Of a DNA stretch of 64,000 nucleotides, positions 1-9,762 are shown piece after piece. The stretch spans positions 608,001-672,000 of the forward strand of contig JAUVXV010000001.1 of the NCBI GenBank assembly GCA_030603365.1, in the 5' to 3' direction. Below the pieces are notes generated by a model. It was not told where the DNA came from and searched no databases. It was given only the letters and a program-made list of their open reading frames with translations. A program made the position numbers and the translations under genes. Positions within the stretch are counted from its first letter, which is position 1; each line of letters starts with the position of its first letter. Origin of the DNA: Candidatus Heimdallarchaeota archaeon (lineage in GTDB: Archaea > Asgardarchaeota > Heimdallarchaeia > Heimdallarchaeales > Heimdallarchaeaceae).

Positions 1-940
1 CCACACTGTCAGCATGGTTTATTGTGGGGGGATAATATATGCCACCAATCTCATACTCAATCATTCCTTCACATCGCCAAGCATGACTATATCCCTCAAC
101 AATCTCTCTCATTCTTTTTAGGATATGATCTCGAATATCATTGCTGAAAGTTCTGAATGTTCCTTGCATTTTTGCAATGCTTGGAATAATGTTGTGGGCG
201 TCACTACCTTCTACCATAGGTATAGAAATAACAGCTTTCTCAAGTGGGTCTATTTCTCTACTTACAATTTTCTGAATGGCGTTATAGATGTCAACCAAAA
301 CAGCTGTAGGATCGAAAGTTTGATGGGGGCTTGCTGCATGTCCTCCCTTGCCTTTAATTTCAATTTTAAATTGATCTGCTGAGGCTAGAAACGGTCCTTT
401 TCTTGTTGCAATTGTTCCACTAGCTCCTTCTCTCCAAACATGAATACCGAAAATCTGGTCAACATCATCAATATGACCTTCTTCAACGATTAATTTTGCT
501 CCTCCACCTCCTTCTTCAGCTGGTTGGAAGATAAGCTTGATTTTGCCTTCAAGTTTGTCTTTATGTTTAAAGATGATATGAGCTGCGGTTAACAACATAG
601 CTGTATGAGCATCATGACCACATGCATGCATTTTTCCTGGGATTTTACTACAATATGGTTTGTCATTGTCTTCTGTAACATTGAGTGCATCTATATCAGC
701 TCGAAGAGCTATGGTTTTTCCTTCCTTCCCAGAGTCTAAGATTGCAATCAACCCAGTTTTAGCAGTTTTGATGACATTATAACCTATCTTAATTAATTCT
801 TCTTCAATAAAAGCAGAGGTTTTAACTTCCTCAAATCCAGTTTCAGGATACATATGGAAGTGTCTTCGTTTTTCTATTACATATTCTTCCATTTCTTTAG
901 CTTCACTAATTAATACCTGTTTGAATTCATTCATGTCCAT
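1..940 (-). CDS. M20D family amidohydrolase (partial, runs off the window start)
   Basis: Manual minus-strand translation from ATG at 940: ...RRHFHMYPETGFEE...IALRADIDAL...GKMHACGHDAHTAM...LIFQPAEEGGGGA, the canonical M20D motifs. Not in the ORF track because it is truncated. Confidence 0.9.
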   Translation of the reverse strand, partial: MDMNEFKQVLISEAKEMEEYVIEKRRHFHMYPETGFEEVKTSAFIEEELIKIGYNVIKTAKTGLIAILDSGKEGKTIALRADIDALNVTEDNDKPYCSKIPGKMHACGHDAHTAMLLTAAHIIFKHKDKLEGKIKLIFQPAEEGGGGAKLIVEEGHIDDVDQIFGIHVWREGASGTIATRKGPFLASADQFKIEIKGKGGHAASPHQTFDPTAVLVDIYNAIQKIVSREIDPLEKAVISIPMVEGSDAHNIIPSIAKMQGTFRTFSNDIRDHILKRMREIVEGYSHAWRCEGMIEYEIGGIYYPPTINHADSV

Positions 941-1094
941 AGGGTCTTTGAAATTCCTCGCTATTTTTACTTTTCTCTAATACGATAAACTCTCAAGAGA
1001 TAATTTGGGTTTTGTGAAATTACATTTCTGTCAATCTGGAAGATAAAGTGGATAAAAACTTAAAATGAATACATAGAGTAGCGATTTTGTATTT

Positions 1095-2411
1095 GTGGAG
1101 GAACTTAAAATGAATAATATAGAATACGATGTTATAGTCGTTGGAGCAGGATGTGCAGGTCCAGCAGCAGCCAAGAAAGCTGCAGAATTGGGATTGAAAG
1201 TATTATTACTGGAAAAATCTCAAGTTCCTGGAGAAAAGAATGTATCAGGAACATGCTTGAATGGTGCTGCAATTTTAGACCCAGACTTGCATTACATAGT
1301 TGAATGTCCTGTTGAACGAACTATTAGAGAAATGCGAACCTATCATATCAATGAAGACAGAACAACAGTCTTTCATGAAATACCATCAGAAGGAATATTG
1401 TTACTGTCAGTAAGAAGAGATCATCTTGACACTTGGCATACTGAAGAAGCCAAGAAAGCAGGTGCTGAAGTTAAACTCTCAACAACTGTTGTTGATATAA
1501 TTGAAGAAGATGATTATATTAAAGGAGTAATTACTGATTCTGGTGAGAAATACTTTGGAAAGGTAATAATTGATGCAGCTGGAGTGAATTCTATTGTTGG
1601 TCGAAAAGCAAGATTAATTCCTAAACGTAAAGGAACCAACATGATTCTTTATGTTACTGTGGCAGTCAAATTAGGTGAAGAGGTTATTAGTGAACGATTT
1701 GGAGATTGTATAGAATATTATCTGTCTCCTGGTATTCAATATAAAACCTGGCCTTGGATTTTTCCTAAGAAAGATACAGTAACTGTTGGAACTGGTGGTT
1801 ATATGGATGAAAATCTAATAACTGATGAATTTCCAAATGTAAATAAATATATGGAAAACTTCCTGAATCTCCCTGTAGTAAAGAAAAAACTTGAAGGAGG
1901 AGAGATTGTTTCTTGGGGTTTGCATCTTGAATATGATGAAGCCATTGAGAAAAGAGTAAGAAACGGTTTAATTCTCACTGGAGAAGCAGGTGGATTTGTA
2001 ATTCCTTTCCTAGGTGAAGGTATGCCTGAAGCTTTCTTTACTGGAATATATGCTGCCATATCTGCTGCTGAAGCAATTGCAGCTGGCGACTGTTCAGAAA
2101 CAAAACTATCTGAGAAGTATGAAGAATTAATCGGTGATAACTTCTTTATGCAAGCGTTTAGGCACATTGCAGCTGTAAACAAAGAATCAATTTTATCTAA
2201 AACTGATGAAGAAATAACTCAAATGATGCAACAAGTGATTATGGGCGGTGGTTTCATCTCTAACGCTATTCATACAAAATGGCTAAAGGGTGTAGAAGAA
2301 GAAAATATGGAATTGCTTCAAGAAGCTTATGATTTCCTAGAACTGATTCAACCTTATGCTACTGTAGATCCTGATTTCGAAAATCTCTATAAAGAGAGGG
2401 GAAGAAAATGA
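1095..2411 (+). CDS. FAD-dependent oxidoreductase, FixC/geranylgeranyl reductase family (likely start ATG 1110)
   Basis: YDVIVVGAGCAGPAAA Rossmann motif, EKS..PGEKNVSG (FixC-like), VRRDHLD, WIFPK, GEAGG..PFLGEG. GGAGG lies upstream of ATG 1110. Confidence 0.85.
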   Translation: MEELKMNNIEYDVIVVGAGCAGPAAAKKAAELGLKVLLLEKSQVPGEKNVSGTCLNGAAILDPDLHYIVECPVERTIREMRTYHINEDRTTVFHEIPSEGILLLSVRRDHLDTWHTEEAKKAGAEVKLSTTVVDIIEEDDYIKGVITDSGEKYFGKVIIDAAGVNSIVGRKARLIPKRKGTNMILYVTVAVKLGEEVISERFGDCIEYYLSPGIQYKTWPWIFPKKDTVTVGTGGYMDENLITDEFPNVNKYMENFLNLPVVKKKLEGGEIVSWGLHLEYDEAIEKRVRNGLILTGEAGGFVIPFLGEGMPEAFFTGIYAAISAAEAIAAGDCSETKLSEKYEELIGDNFFMQAFRHIAAVNKESILSKTDEEITQMMQQVIMGGGFISNAIHTKWLKGVEEENMELLQEAYDFLELIQPYATVDPDFENLYKERGRK

Positions 2412-2668
2412 AGGTAGATATGAAAGTAGATTATTACCCTGGAGAGACAGGGGAGTTCATCAAAGTTGATGAAAGCAAATGTGTTGGTTGTGGTGATTGT
2501 GCAAAATTCTGTACAAGAGATGTCTGGGAACAAGATGGAGCAATTTATCGACCAGTCAACCTTAAACAGTGTGTAGAATGTGGCGCATGTTGGAATGTTT
2601 GTGACTACGATGCAGTCCTCTTCAGTGAACCTAAAGGTGGTACTGGAGTTCGTTTCAGCTATGGTTAA
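2408..2668 (+). CDS. 2x[4Fe-4S] ferredoxin, FixX-like
   Basis: CVGCGDCAKFC and CVECGACWNVC, FixX-like ending PKGGTGVRFSYG; overlaps the stop of the upstream gene. Confidence 0.9.
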   Translation: MKVDMKVDYYPGETGEFIKVDESKCVGCGDCAKFCTRDVWEQDGAIYRPVNLKQCVECGACWNVCDYDAVLFSEPKGGTGVRFSYG

Positions 2669-2674
2669 GAAAAG

Positions 2675-3025
2675 GTGAAAAGAATGGTAAATATGGATGA
2701 AGTATTGGAAACACTTGAAAAACAAAAAGACAAATACACTCACGAGAGTGTTGCAAAACACTTCAAAACTTGGAACAAGAAGCTACAATATCATTTTACT
2801 GATATTGACGAATACTATGTTATAGAGTTGGTTAATGGAGAACCTCAAACAATAGTGAAAGAGAAATTAGAAAATCCAGATATTATGTACTCTATGAGTA
2901 CTGATATTTTTCTTAAGCTAAATAGACGTGAAATTAGTGGCTTTAAAGCGTATCAAAGAAAAGAGTTGAAAATTAAAGCTACAATGGCTGAAACGATGAA
3001 GCTTCAGAAGTTAGATAAACTCTAG
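2675..3025 (+). CDS. SCP2 sterol/lipid-binding domain protein
   Basis: PDI...MSTDIF.KL...EISGFKAYQRKELKIK...MKL matches the SCP2 consensus; followed by a long T-tract. Confidence 0.75.
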   Translation: MKRMVNMDEVLETLEKQKDKYTHESVAKHFKTWNKKLQYHFTDIDEYYVIELVNGEPQTIVKEKLENPDIMYSMSTDIFLKLNRREISGFKAYQRKELKIKATMAETMKLQKLDKL

Positions 3026-3051
3026 TTTTTTTTTTTTTCCTTTTCTTTTTT
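3026..3051 (+). terminator. Oligo-T archaeal terminator after the fixC/fixX/SCP2 operon
   Basis: Long T run followed by CCTTTTCTTTTTT immediately after the stop codon. Confidence 0.6.
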
Positions 3052-3092
3052 GCGGAATAATCTTTTTATATCACTTAAAAGATAGTTCTAGT

Positions 3093-6000
3093 TTGATGTC
3101 CTCAAAAGATAAAGATATGTTCTTACTAAGAAAAATGAGGGAGTTAGAGGACAAATTAGATCTCTTAGATGAGAAAATGCTATTTCTATTCCAAAAGGTG
3201 AATACACTAACGAAGGCATTAGACGCAACGACTCCAGAAGAACCAGTTAGACCTGAACCTGTGATTAAAGAAGAACTAGTTGTAGAAGAAGAGATTCCTT
3301 TGGAAGATAAATTAGTTGAACCTGTACTTGAAGAACCTGTTCCAATGAGAGAACAAACAGAGGTTGTTGAAGCACAAGCAGTAGCACCAGCAATAGTAAA
3401 AGAATACTCAAAAAAGGTAATTAGAGAAGAACCAGCACCAGTTGAAAGGGTCTTTGAGAAACCTCCAAAAGAACCCTTGAAAATTGTTGAATTTGTCAAG
3501 AATGAAGAGAATCTTCCTTATTTCTTGCTGTTTGCATTCTTTATTCTCTTGGCAGCTCTCGTTTATGGAACTATTTCACAAATCATCAATCTACCTTTCT
3601 TCACTCCTATGAATGCTTTCTTGATTATAGGTCTTACAGCATGTCTATTTGCAATTCTAGGTTTTGTCTGGAAAATCTATTTAGATAGAAGACAAAAAAA
3701 GTTTCCAGACAAAAAAGAGCGAATACAAAATTACTATGTTTTTCCTTGGAGTTTACTAGGAATTGGGACTGCTGGGATCTTCTTATCATTTATACTATCG
3801 CAAACTGTAATTGAAGGAGAACTTAGTACAATAATTGTTTTACCAGTAGCTGTTGTAGCAGCACTAGTTACCTTAGTTATTGCAATACTTTTCAAGAATG
3901 AAATACTGGTTGGAGAAGCAGCACTTTCAATAGTACTTATCTTAATCGTACCTATATTTACAGATGAAACATTTTTAAATCCTTCATATGGAGGATATCT
4001 GTATTTCGGTTTTTTCTTTGTATTTATAGCAGCTTCATATGTTCTTGCGAAACTTAAAATTACTGTAGCTCCTGCTTTAGTTTCGATAGTATCATTCCCT
4101 GTTTTCGCATTTATTCCAACAATTTATCAAACAATGCACTTGGAAACACTCCTTGTGATCATACCATCATGTTTAGTTGCAACATTACTTTTAGAAAATG
4201 CATTTGATCATTTCGAAGTTTATAAAAATAGAGTAATGAAAACAGTGGTTACAATTGTTAACATAGTACTTCCCTTATGTAGTTACTTTTTCCTGCTATT
4301 TATAAGAAATGAAGCAGAAATTCCTTCTTGGGAAATTCTCATTTCAACAATGTTTTTGGTTGTAACATATTTTCTTACAATCAAGAAAGTATTATCATCA
4401 CGGTTCGATGAATATGAGATTAGAAATCCAAATCTCATTGAGTTTCTTTATGTAGTACTCATAAATACCGCGATTTTTCTGTCGTTGGTTTCAGAGCTTA
4501 TTTTAGGTGATCTAAGTTTGGCATCGACTTATGTCTTTGTTGGACTATATTTTGTACTACAGATCGTTTTCTCAATACTTACTATGACTTGGAGAGTAGA
4601 TAGAGAAGCAACATCATTCTTCCATAGTATAGTCTCTATGTTATTTGTTGAAGGTATCTTCATTATGTTCTTCACAAATGTTGGTAATGTAGTGACTATA
4701 AACCTTGGATATGAAATAGTGCTTTCAGTCAGTCTAGCATTTCTATACATAGCTCCCCTAATCAATATCTTCGTATTAAGAAAGCAAGAGCATGTTCTCT
4801 CTTCAGCGTTTAGTATTATATTACTTGGAGGAATTAACCTCTTTATTTTCAACTATCTTCCCAGATTTTTAGCTGTTGACTTAACAATTTCTAGATCTAT
4901 ATGTGAACTGTCAATCATACTTGTTTCAATTGCACTAGGTGTTATATCACTACTAGACACTTTAGAAAAGTTCAAGTTTGAAAAGCAAAAATCAAAAATT
5001 ACAACATCTCATATTCATGCCCTATCTATACTAACTCTTACAACAAGTTTATGGGTATTTAATACAAATGAGCCTCTAGACTATGTTATTGTATGTGGGA
5101 TATTTGTATCTGTTGCGCTTTGGATAGTTACCTCCTATCTAAGAAGGAAAATAGAGAAACACATCACAGAAGATTTACTAGGTTATCTTGCAGTATCATT
5201 GATATTCATTTCAGTAACAGGAGCAATGAGTAATACAGCGATTCCATTAGCAATTTTTACATCAATTTGTGCGACTGTTGCTTTAACAATAATACCACTT
5301 TTAGCAAAGAAATATACCCTCATTTTCGCGTTATTACTATATATTCCTCAGATAATTTCATTGTTTGCATTCCCTGGTGTTTCAACGATTTATGGAGTTG
5401 ATTGGTTACTTTCTATAGTATTCTTGATTCCAACTCTATCATTGGTAATCAAATCAATCAATAGTAAGGAATGGTTCGATAGAGTAGGAACAACAGTATT
5501 AATTACAGTAATGTTGGTTTTAACTGCTTTAAGTTTAGTTGGATCAGATTATGAGGTACTAACAGTAATAAATTCATTTGTTTTGATTTTCTATCCTATC
5601 ACTATATATGCTACAAATACCTGGTTTATTAAGAAAATATCAGCCTTAAATATTACAATAGAATATCCTATTGATCTTCTGATACTTACATTTGGAGCAA
5701 TATTTGCAAACATTTTTGTTTCAACTACTCCAGTAAACGATGTTCTAATCTTCATTTTCATAATGATAGGTTCTGTAGTTGGGCCTCTTCTATATGCGAT
5801 TAATCGATTCATAATTAAGGATACAGAAATAACTCCATTAATCTATAAACTTGTGAGTACTGGATTTATAGTTGCAATACAAATACTTCTTATTACATCA
5901 GGAGCAATGCAAATAATTTCTACGTATTATTACATTACTTTGCTATTAGCTACCACTTTAGTAGGATTATTAATTCAATACAAAGAGAAATTCGATTCTC

Positions 6001-7373
6001 TAACTGTTCTCCCTTCCTTAATTTCTATTATGATAATACCCATTTATACTGCCTTATACAATCCAGTAATTAGCTCTTGGTTTACTTTTTCCATATTCAT
6101 TATCTACTTAATTATCCTTTCATTAGGATGGTTTGGTTCCGAGTTTCCACCAATTACCTTATTGTCATATTTCGTAGGATGTCTTGCATTCATTCTTTCC
6201 ATTTTTGTTCCAAGTATGTCCTTCTTCATAGGGTTACCTGATTACTTCCCATTGCTACTCTTTACGATATGGATGATTGGAGTAATAATATCCATTGCTC
6301 TAATGAAGAGGAAGCCAGAGAAGAATATAGATTTCTTCCTTACATGGCTCTTTGTAATAACATTATCTACAATATGTGCTGATAGAATACTGAGAATTTC
6401 ACCATCAACTTTTCTAACAGATATACTAGGATTTACTTTAACAGCAATTCCTGCATGTTTTGTTTTCATAATATTTTCTTCTTACTTACAGTACAAAATG
6501 AAATATCCAAACAAAGGAATGATTACTCATATAATCGCTGTTCAAGCTCTGCTTATCTTCGTAGGCTCTTTCATTTTTGGTTTTCTACCTTTCCCAAGTA
6601 CTCCACAAACTGCCAAAATTCTTATTTATATATTCTTCAATGTTTTTACGGTAATAACCTTCATAGTACTTGAGTCACTTGTTATAGAATATACTCTAGT
6701 TAAAACAGATACACCAAAATCCGAATCTGTCAATATTATTCTATTCTTACCAATCTATGCTTTTTCATTAGCTATATCAATTTCCTACAACTACTATGGC
6801 TTTATTCCTCTTGTATTAGGTGTTGTCTTCTATGGTATGAGTCAGAGACATGGTATGAAAACTAGCTCTGTCTTAGCTGCTATTGCTGTTGCTACAAGTG
6901 CATTTTTCATAACACCTGCTGATCAAATATTAAGTTACACAACATTTGGAATTGTCAGTGGAGTGATGACAGCAATGCTTGTAATAGGTATTTTACTATA
7001 TCTCAGGACAAAAAATGAATTTCATATTGTAACAGCTGTATCAATTGCTTTGATTGCAGAAACCATAATAAGTTTCATCTCACCAATGGTTTTACCACTA
7101 CAATTTGGACTAGCGTTTAATCTAGCTCTTCTAGGATTACTACTTGGAGTAATATTCTCTGTAAGAGAGTTTCGAATTATTTTCTCTGTTGCTTCAGGAC
7201 TAATACTTATTCCCTACCTAGTAATTACATTTATTCAACAGGAAGAAGCTGGTCTGTTAGCCCTACTTTTCTTAGTTACAGGAATAATTTTCATTCTAAC
7301 ATCGTACATGGTTTACAATAGACAAAGAGTTAAACTCAAAGAGAGTTTAGAAAATAGCCAAGAAACTAAATAA
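3093..7373 (+). CDS. Very large polytopic membrane protein (N-terminal coiled coil, E/P-rich linker, then dozens of TM helices; DUF2339-like architecture)
   Basis: 1426-aa ORF with continuous hydrophobic segments from about residue 140; no catalytic motif recognised. Confidence 0.6.
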   Translation: MMSSKDKDMFLLRKMRELEDKLDLLDEKMLFLFQKVNTLTKALDATTPEEPVRPEPVIKEELVVEEEIPLEDKLVEPVLEEPVPMREQTEVVEAQAVAPAIVKEYSKKVIREEPAPVERVFEKPPKEPLKIVEFVKNEENLPYFLLFAFFILLAALVYGTISQIINLPFFTPMNAFLIIGLTACLFAILGFVWKIYLDRRQKKFPDKKERIQNYYVFPWSLLGIGTAGIFLSFILSQTVIEGELSTIIVLPVAVVAALVTLVIAILFKNEILVGEAALSIVLILIVPIFTDETFLNPSYGGYLYFGFFFVFIAASYVLAKLKITVAPALVSIVSFPVFAFIPTIYQTMHLETLLVIIPSCLVATLLLENAFDHFEVYKNRVMKTVVTIVNIVLPLCSYFFLLFIRNEAEIPSWEILISTMFLVVTYFLTIKKVLSSRFDEYEIRNPNLIEFLYVVLINTAIFLSLVSELILGDLSLASTYVFVGLYFVLQIVFSILTMTWRVDREATSFFHSIVSMLFVEGIFIMFFTNVGNVVTINLGYEIVLSVSLAFLYIAPLINIFVLRKQEHVLSSAFSIILLGGINLFIFNYLPRFLAVDLTISRSICELSIILVSIALGVISLLDTLEKFKFEKQKSKITTSHIHALSILTLTTSLWVFNTNEPLDYVIVCGIFVSVALWIVTSYLRRKIEKHITEDLLGYLAVSLIFISVTGAMSNTAIPLAIFTSICATVALTIIPLLAKKYTLIFALLLYIPQIISLFAFPGVSTIYGVDWLLSIVFLIPTLSLVIKSINSKEWFDRVGTTVLITVMLVLTALSLVGSDYEVLTVINSFVLIFYPITIYATNTWFIKKISALNITIEYPIDLLILTFGAIFANIFVSTTPVNDVLIFIFIMIGSVVGPLLYAINRFIIKDTEITPLIYKLVSTGFIVAIQILLITSGAMQIISTYYYITLLLATTLVGLLIQYKEKFDSLTVLPSLISIMIIPIYTALYNPVISSWFTFSIFIIYLIILSLGWFGSEFPPITLLSYFVGCLAFILSIFVPSMSFFIGLPDYFPLLLFTIWMIGVIISIALMKRKPEKNIDFFLTWLFVITLSTICADRILRISPSTFLTDILGFTLTAIPACFVFIIFSSYLQYKMKYPNKGMITHIIAVQALLIFVGSFIFGFLPFPSTPQTAKILIYIFFNVFTVITFIVLESLVIEYTLVKTDTPKSESVNIILFLPIYAFSLAISISYNYYGFIPLVLGVVFYGMSQRHGMKTSSVLAAIAVATSAFFITPADQILSYTTFGIVSGVMTAMLVIGILLYLRTKNEFHIVTAVSIALIAETIISFISPMVLPLQFGLAFNLALLGLLLGVIFSVREFRIIFSVASGLILIPYLVITFIQQEEAGLLALLFLVTGIIFILTSYMVYNRQRVKLKESLENSQETK

Positions 7374-7477
7374 ACCATAAAAACCATTCTTTCCTTTTTT
7401 TTCATTGTTAGAATCAGATGATGTTTTGATTTATGATAACTCTTAATAATCTATCTGGGATTTTAAAAATGTGAATA

Positions 7478-9721
7478 ATGTCTGAAATGAGAGGAGTAGT
7501 TAAAGGAATGGACTGTGCCAATTGTGTGGCTAAAGTCAAAAAGAATATAATGAACTTACCTGGTATTGAAGATGTAAAAATTAATCTTGTTTCAACAAAA
7601 TTAATAGTTGAATATAAAGAAGAAGAAACTTCAGAAAAAGACATCATCAAAGCGATTAGGCGAAGTGGATATGGGTTTGATAGTTCATATGAACGCAAAT
7701 CTTTCTTCAATTTAAAATATAACAAGAATTTAGTATTCTTCATATTAAGTGCTATATTTCTGATTATCGCATTATGTTTTGACTATCTAAGAATTGATCA
7801 CTTTCATCCTTTGTTCTATCTACCGATTATCATCATAGGCGGAATACCAATTTATCTGAAAGCATTTGCATCAATTAGAGCAAAAACTATTGATATTGAT
7901 ATCCTCATGGTTATAGCTGTTATTGGTGCCATGATTATTGGATTCTGGGAAGAAGCAGGAGAGATAATAGTACTATTTACTCTAGCAGAACTACTTGAAG
8001 CTTTTTCAATGGATAAGGCAAGAGAATCTATTCGCGCATTAATGGATTTAACTCCTCCTACAGCAACAAGATTACTCAAAGGAAGAAAACATGAAGATGT
8101 TCCACTCGAAGATTTAGTTGTTGGTGATAGAGTTAGTATAAAGCCTGGAGGAAGAGTTCCAATTGATGGTAAAGTTGACTGGGGAAAAACAACCGTAGAT
8201 CAAAGTCCGATAACTGGTGAATCTCTCCCTGTTCATAAGGATGTTGGCGATCAAGTTTTCTCAGGGTCAATCAACCTGGATGGTTACATCATCATTCGTG
8301 TAACAAGTATGCCAGAAGAAAGCACTGTAGCACGAATAAGAAAACTCATTGAAGAAGCTGAACAACAAAAATCAAAACGAGAACAATTCATTCAGAAATT
8401 TGCAAAATATTATACTCCAACAATGGTTGGTATTGCTTTGTTTGTTTTTCTTATCCCAGGTGTTATAATCAATTTCATAAACTCTGCGAATTTGGTAAAT
8501 CCAATATTTAATCTAGGATTACTTCAAGATTCAATCTATTATGGGGTTAATTCAGTTTTTAACTTGGCTATACTGCAGGAATCACTCTATTATAGTATAA
8601 TAATTCTGGTAATTTCTTGTCCATGTGCACTGGTTCTTTCTACACCAATCACTGTAGTTACAGCGATAACACGTGCTTCAAAGAGAGGAGTATTAATTAA
8701 GGGAGGAAAATATCTTGAAGCAATATCAGACATAAAAACAATAGCTATGGATAAAACTGGAACCCTATCAACAGGTAAGCTCAAAGTCTATAAAGTTGAA
8801 GCACTAGAAGGTTTTTCTGAAAAAGACATTATTGAGATAGCCTATAGTCTAGAATCTCATTCGGAACACAAAATAGCAGAATCCATAATAGAGCTGGGTA
8901 AAAAGGAGAATGTGAGGCTTCTTGGTTTTAAAGATGTTAAGATTATTCCAGGAATGGGGATACAAGGAACTCGAAAAAAGCAGACATTCTATATTGGAAA
9001 TGAAGCACTAATTGATGATGTAGTAGGCTTAGAATATTGTGATATAGATTGTGAAGAAAGTGAAAGTATAGTGAGTTATGTACTAGCAGACAAAAAAGTA
9101 ATTGCACATATACATATGTCAGATGAATTGAGAAGTGAAACAAAAGACTCAATTCAGGAACTAAAGAAATTAGGTGTAAAGGAAATTATCATGCTTACAG
9201 GGGATAACAAGGAAGTTGCTACAAAAATAGCTGCAGAGCTAGATATATCCTTTGAAGCAGAGTTATTGCCAGAACAAAAAATGCAATACATCCAGAAATT
9301 AAAAGATAATAATCAATCAGTAGTTATGATTGGGGATGGGATAAATGATGCTCCAGCTCTTACTTTGGCCGATGTAGGGGTAGCTATGGGTGCTGCAGGA
9401 ACGGCAATTGCTATAGAAACTGCTGATATCGTTCTGTCTTCAGACAATCTTTTCAGCATTCCTTATCTGTTTAAGCTCAGCAAAGATACAAAAAGAACAA
9501 TTCAGATCAATATCGCTATATCCCTTTTCATCAAATTTGTATTTTTCAGTTTGGTGTTCTTAAGTGTGACATTCCAAAGTCTAGCAGATTTTTTTGGTAA
9601 TTCATTGTTGTGGCTCTCTGTTCTCGTTGGCGACATGGGTGCATCTCTATTAGTCATCCTAAATGCTATGTTGGTAGGAAGGAAAAACTATCCGAAGAAA
9701 TACGAATTGCCAAAGAAGTAA
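7478..9721 (+). CDS. zntA: Heavy-metal P1B-type ATPase, Zn/Cd/Pb (ZntA/CadA) subgroup
   Basis: GMDCANC HMA domain, TGES, CPC, DKTGT, GDGINDAP; K in TM7 and the GDMG Asp in TM8 are typical of P1B-2. Confidence 0.88.
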   Translation: MSEMRGVVKGMDCANCVAKVKKNIMNLPGIEDVKINLVSTKLIVEYKEEETSEKDIIKAIRRSGYGFDSSYERKSFFNLKYNKNLVFFILSAIFLIIALCFDYLRIDHFHPLFYLPIIIIGGIPIYLKAFASIRAKTIDIDILMVIAVIGAMIIGFWEEAGEIIVLFTLAELLEAFSMDKARESIRALMDLTPPTATRLLKGRKHEDVPLEDLVVGDRVSIKPGGRVPIDGKVDWGKTTVDQSPITGESLPVHKDVGDQVFSGSINLDGYIIIRVTSMPEESTVARIRKLIEEAEQQKSKREQFIQKFAKYYTPTMVGIALFVFLIPGVIINFINSANLVNPIFNLGLLQDSIYYGVNSVFNLAILQESLYYSIIILVISCPCALVLSTPITVVTAITRASKRGVLIKGGKYLEAISDIKTIAMDKTGTLSTGKLKVYKVEALEGFSEKDIIEIAYSLESHSEHKIAESIIELGKKENVRLLGFKDVKIIPGMGIQGTRKKQTFYIGNEALIDDVVGLEYCDIDCEESESIVSYVLADKKVIAHIHMSDELRSETKDSIQELKKLGVKEIIMLTGDNKEVATKIAAELDISFEAELLPEQKMQYIQKLKDNNQSVVMIGDGINDAPALTLADVGVAMGAAGTAIAIETADIVLSSDNLFSIPYLFKLSKDTKRTIQINIAISLFIKFVFFSLVFLSVTFQSLADFFGNSLLWLSVLVGDMGASLLVILNAMLVGRKNYPKKYELPKK

Positions 9722-9762
9722 GTTAATAAACATTTTTACTAAAATAAGAATGGTAAGTAGCA

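Noticed and set aside
125-382. 85-aa + strand ORF
   Set aside because: Antisense to the M20 amidohydrolase. The other short ORFs nested in long genes were dismissed for the same reason.
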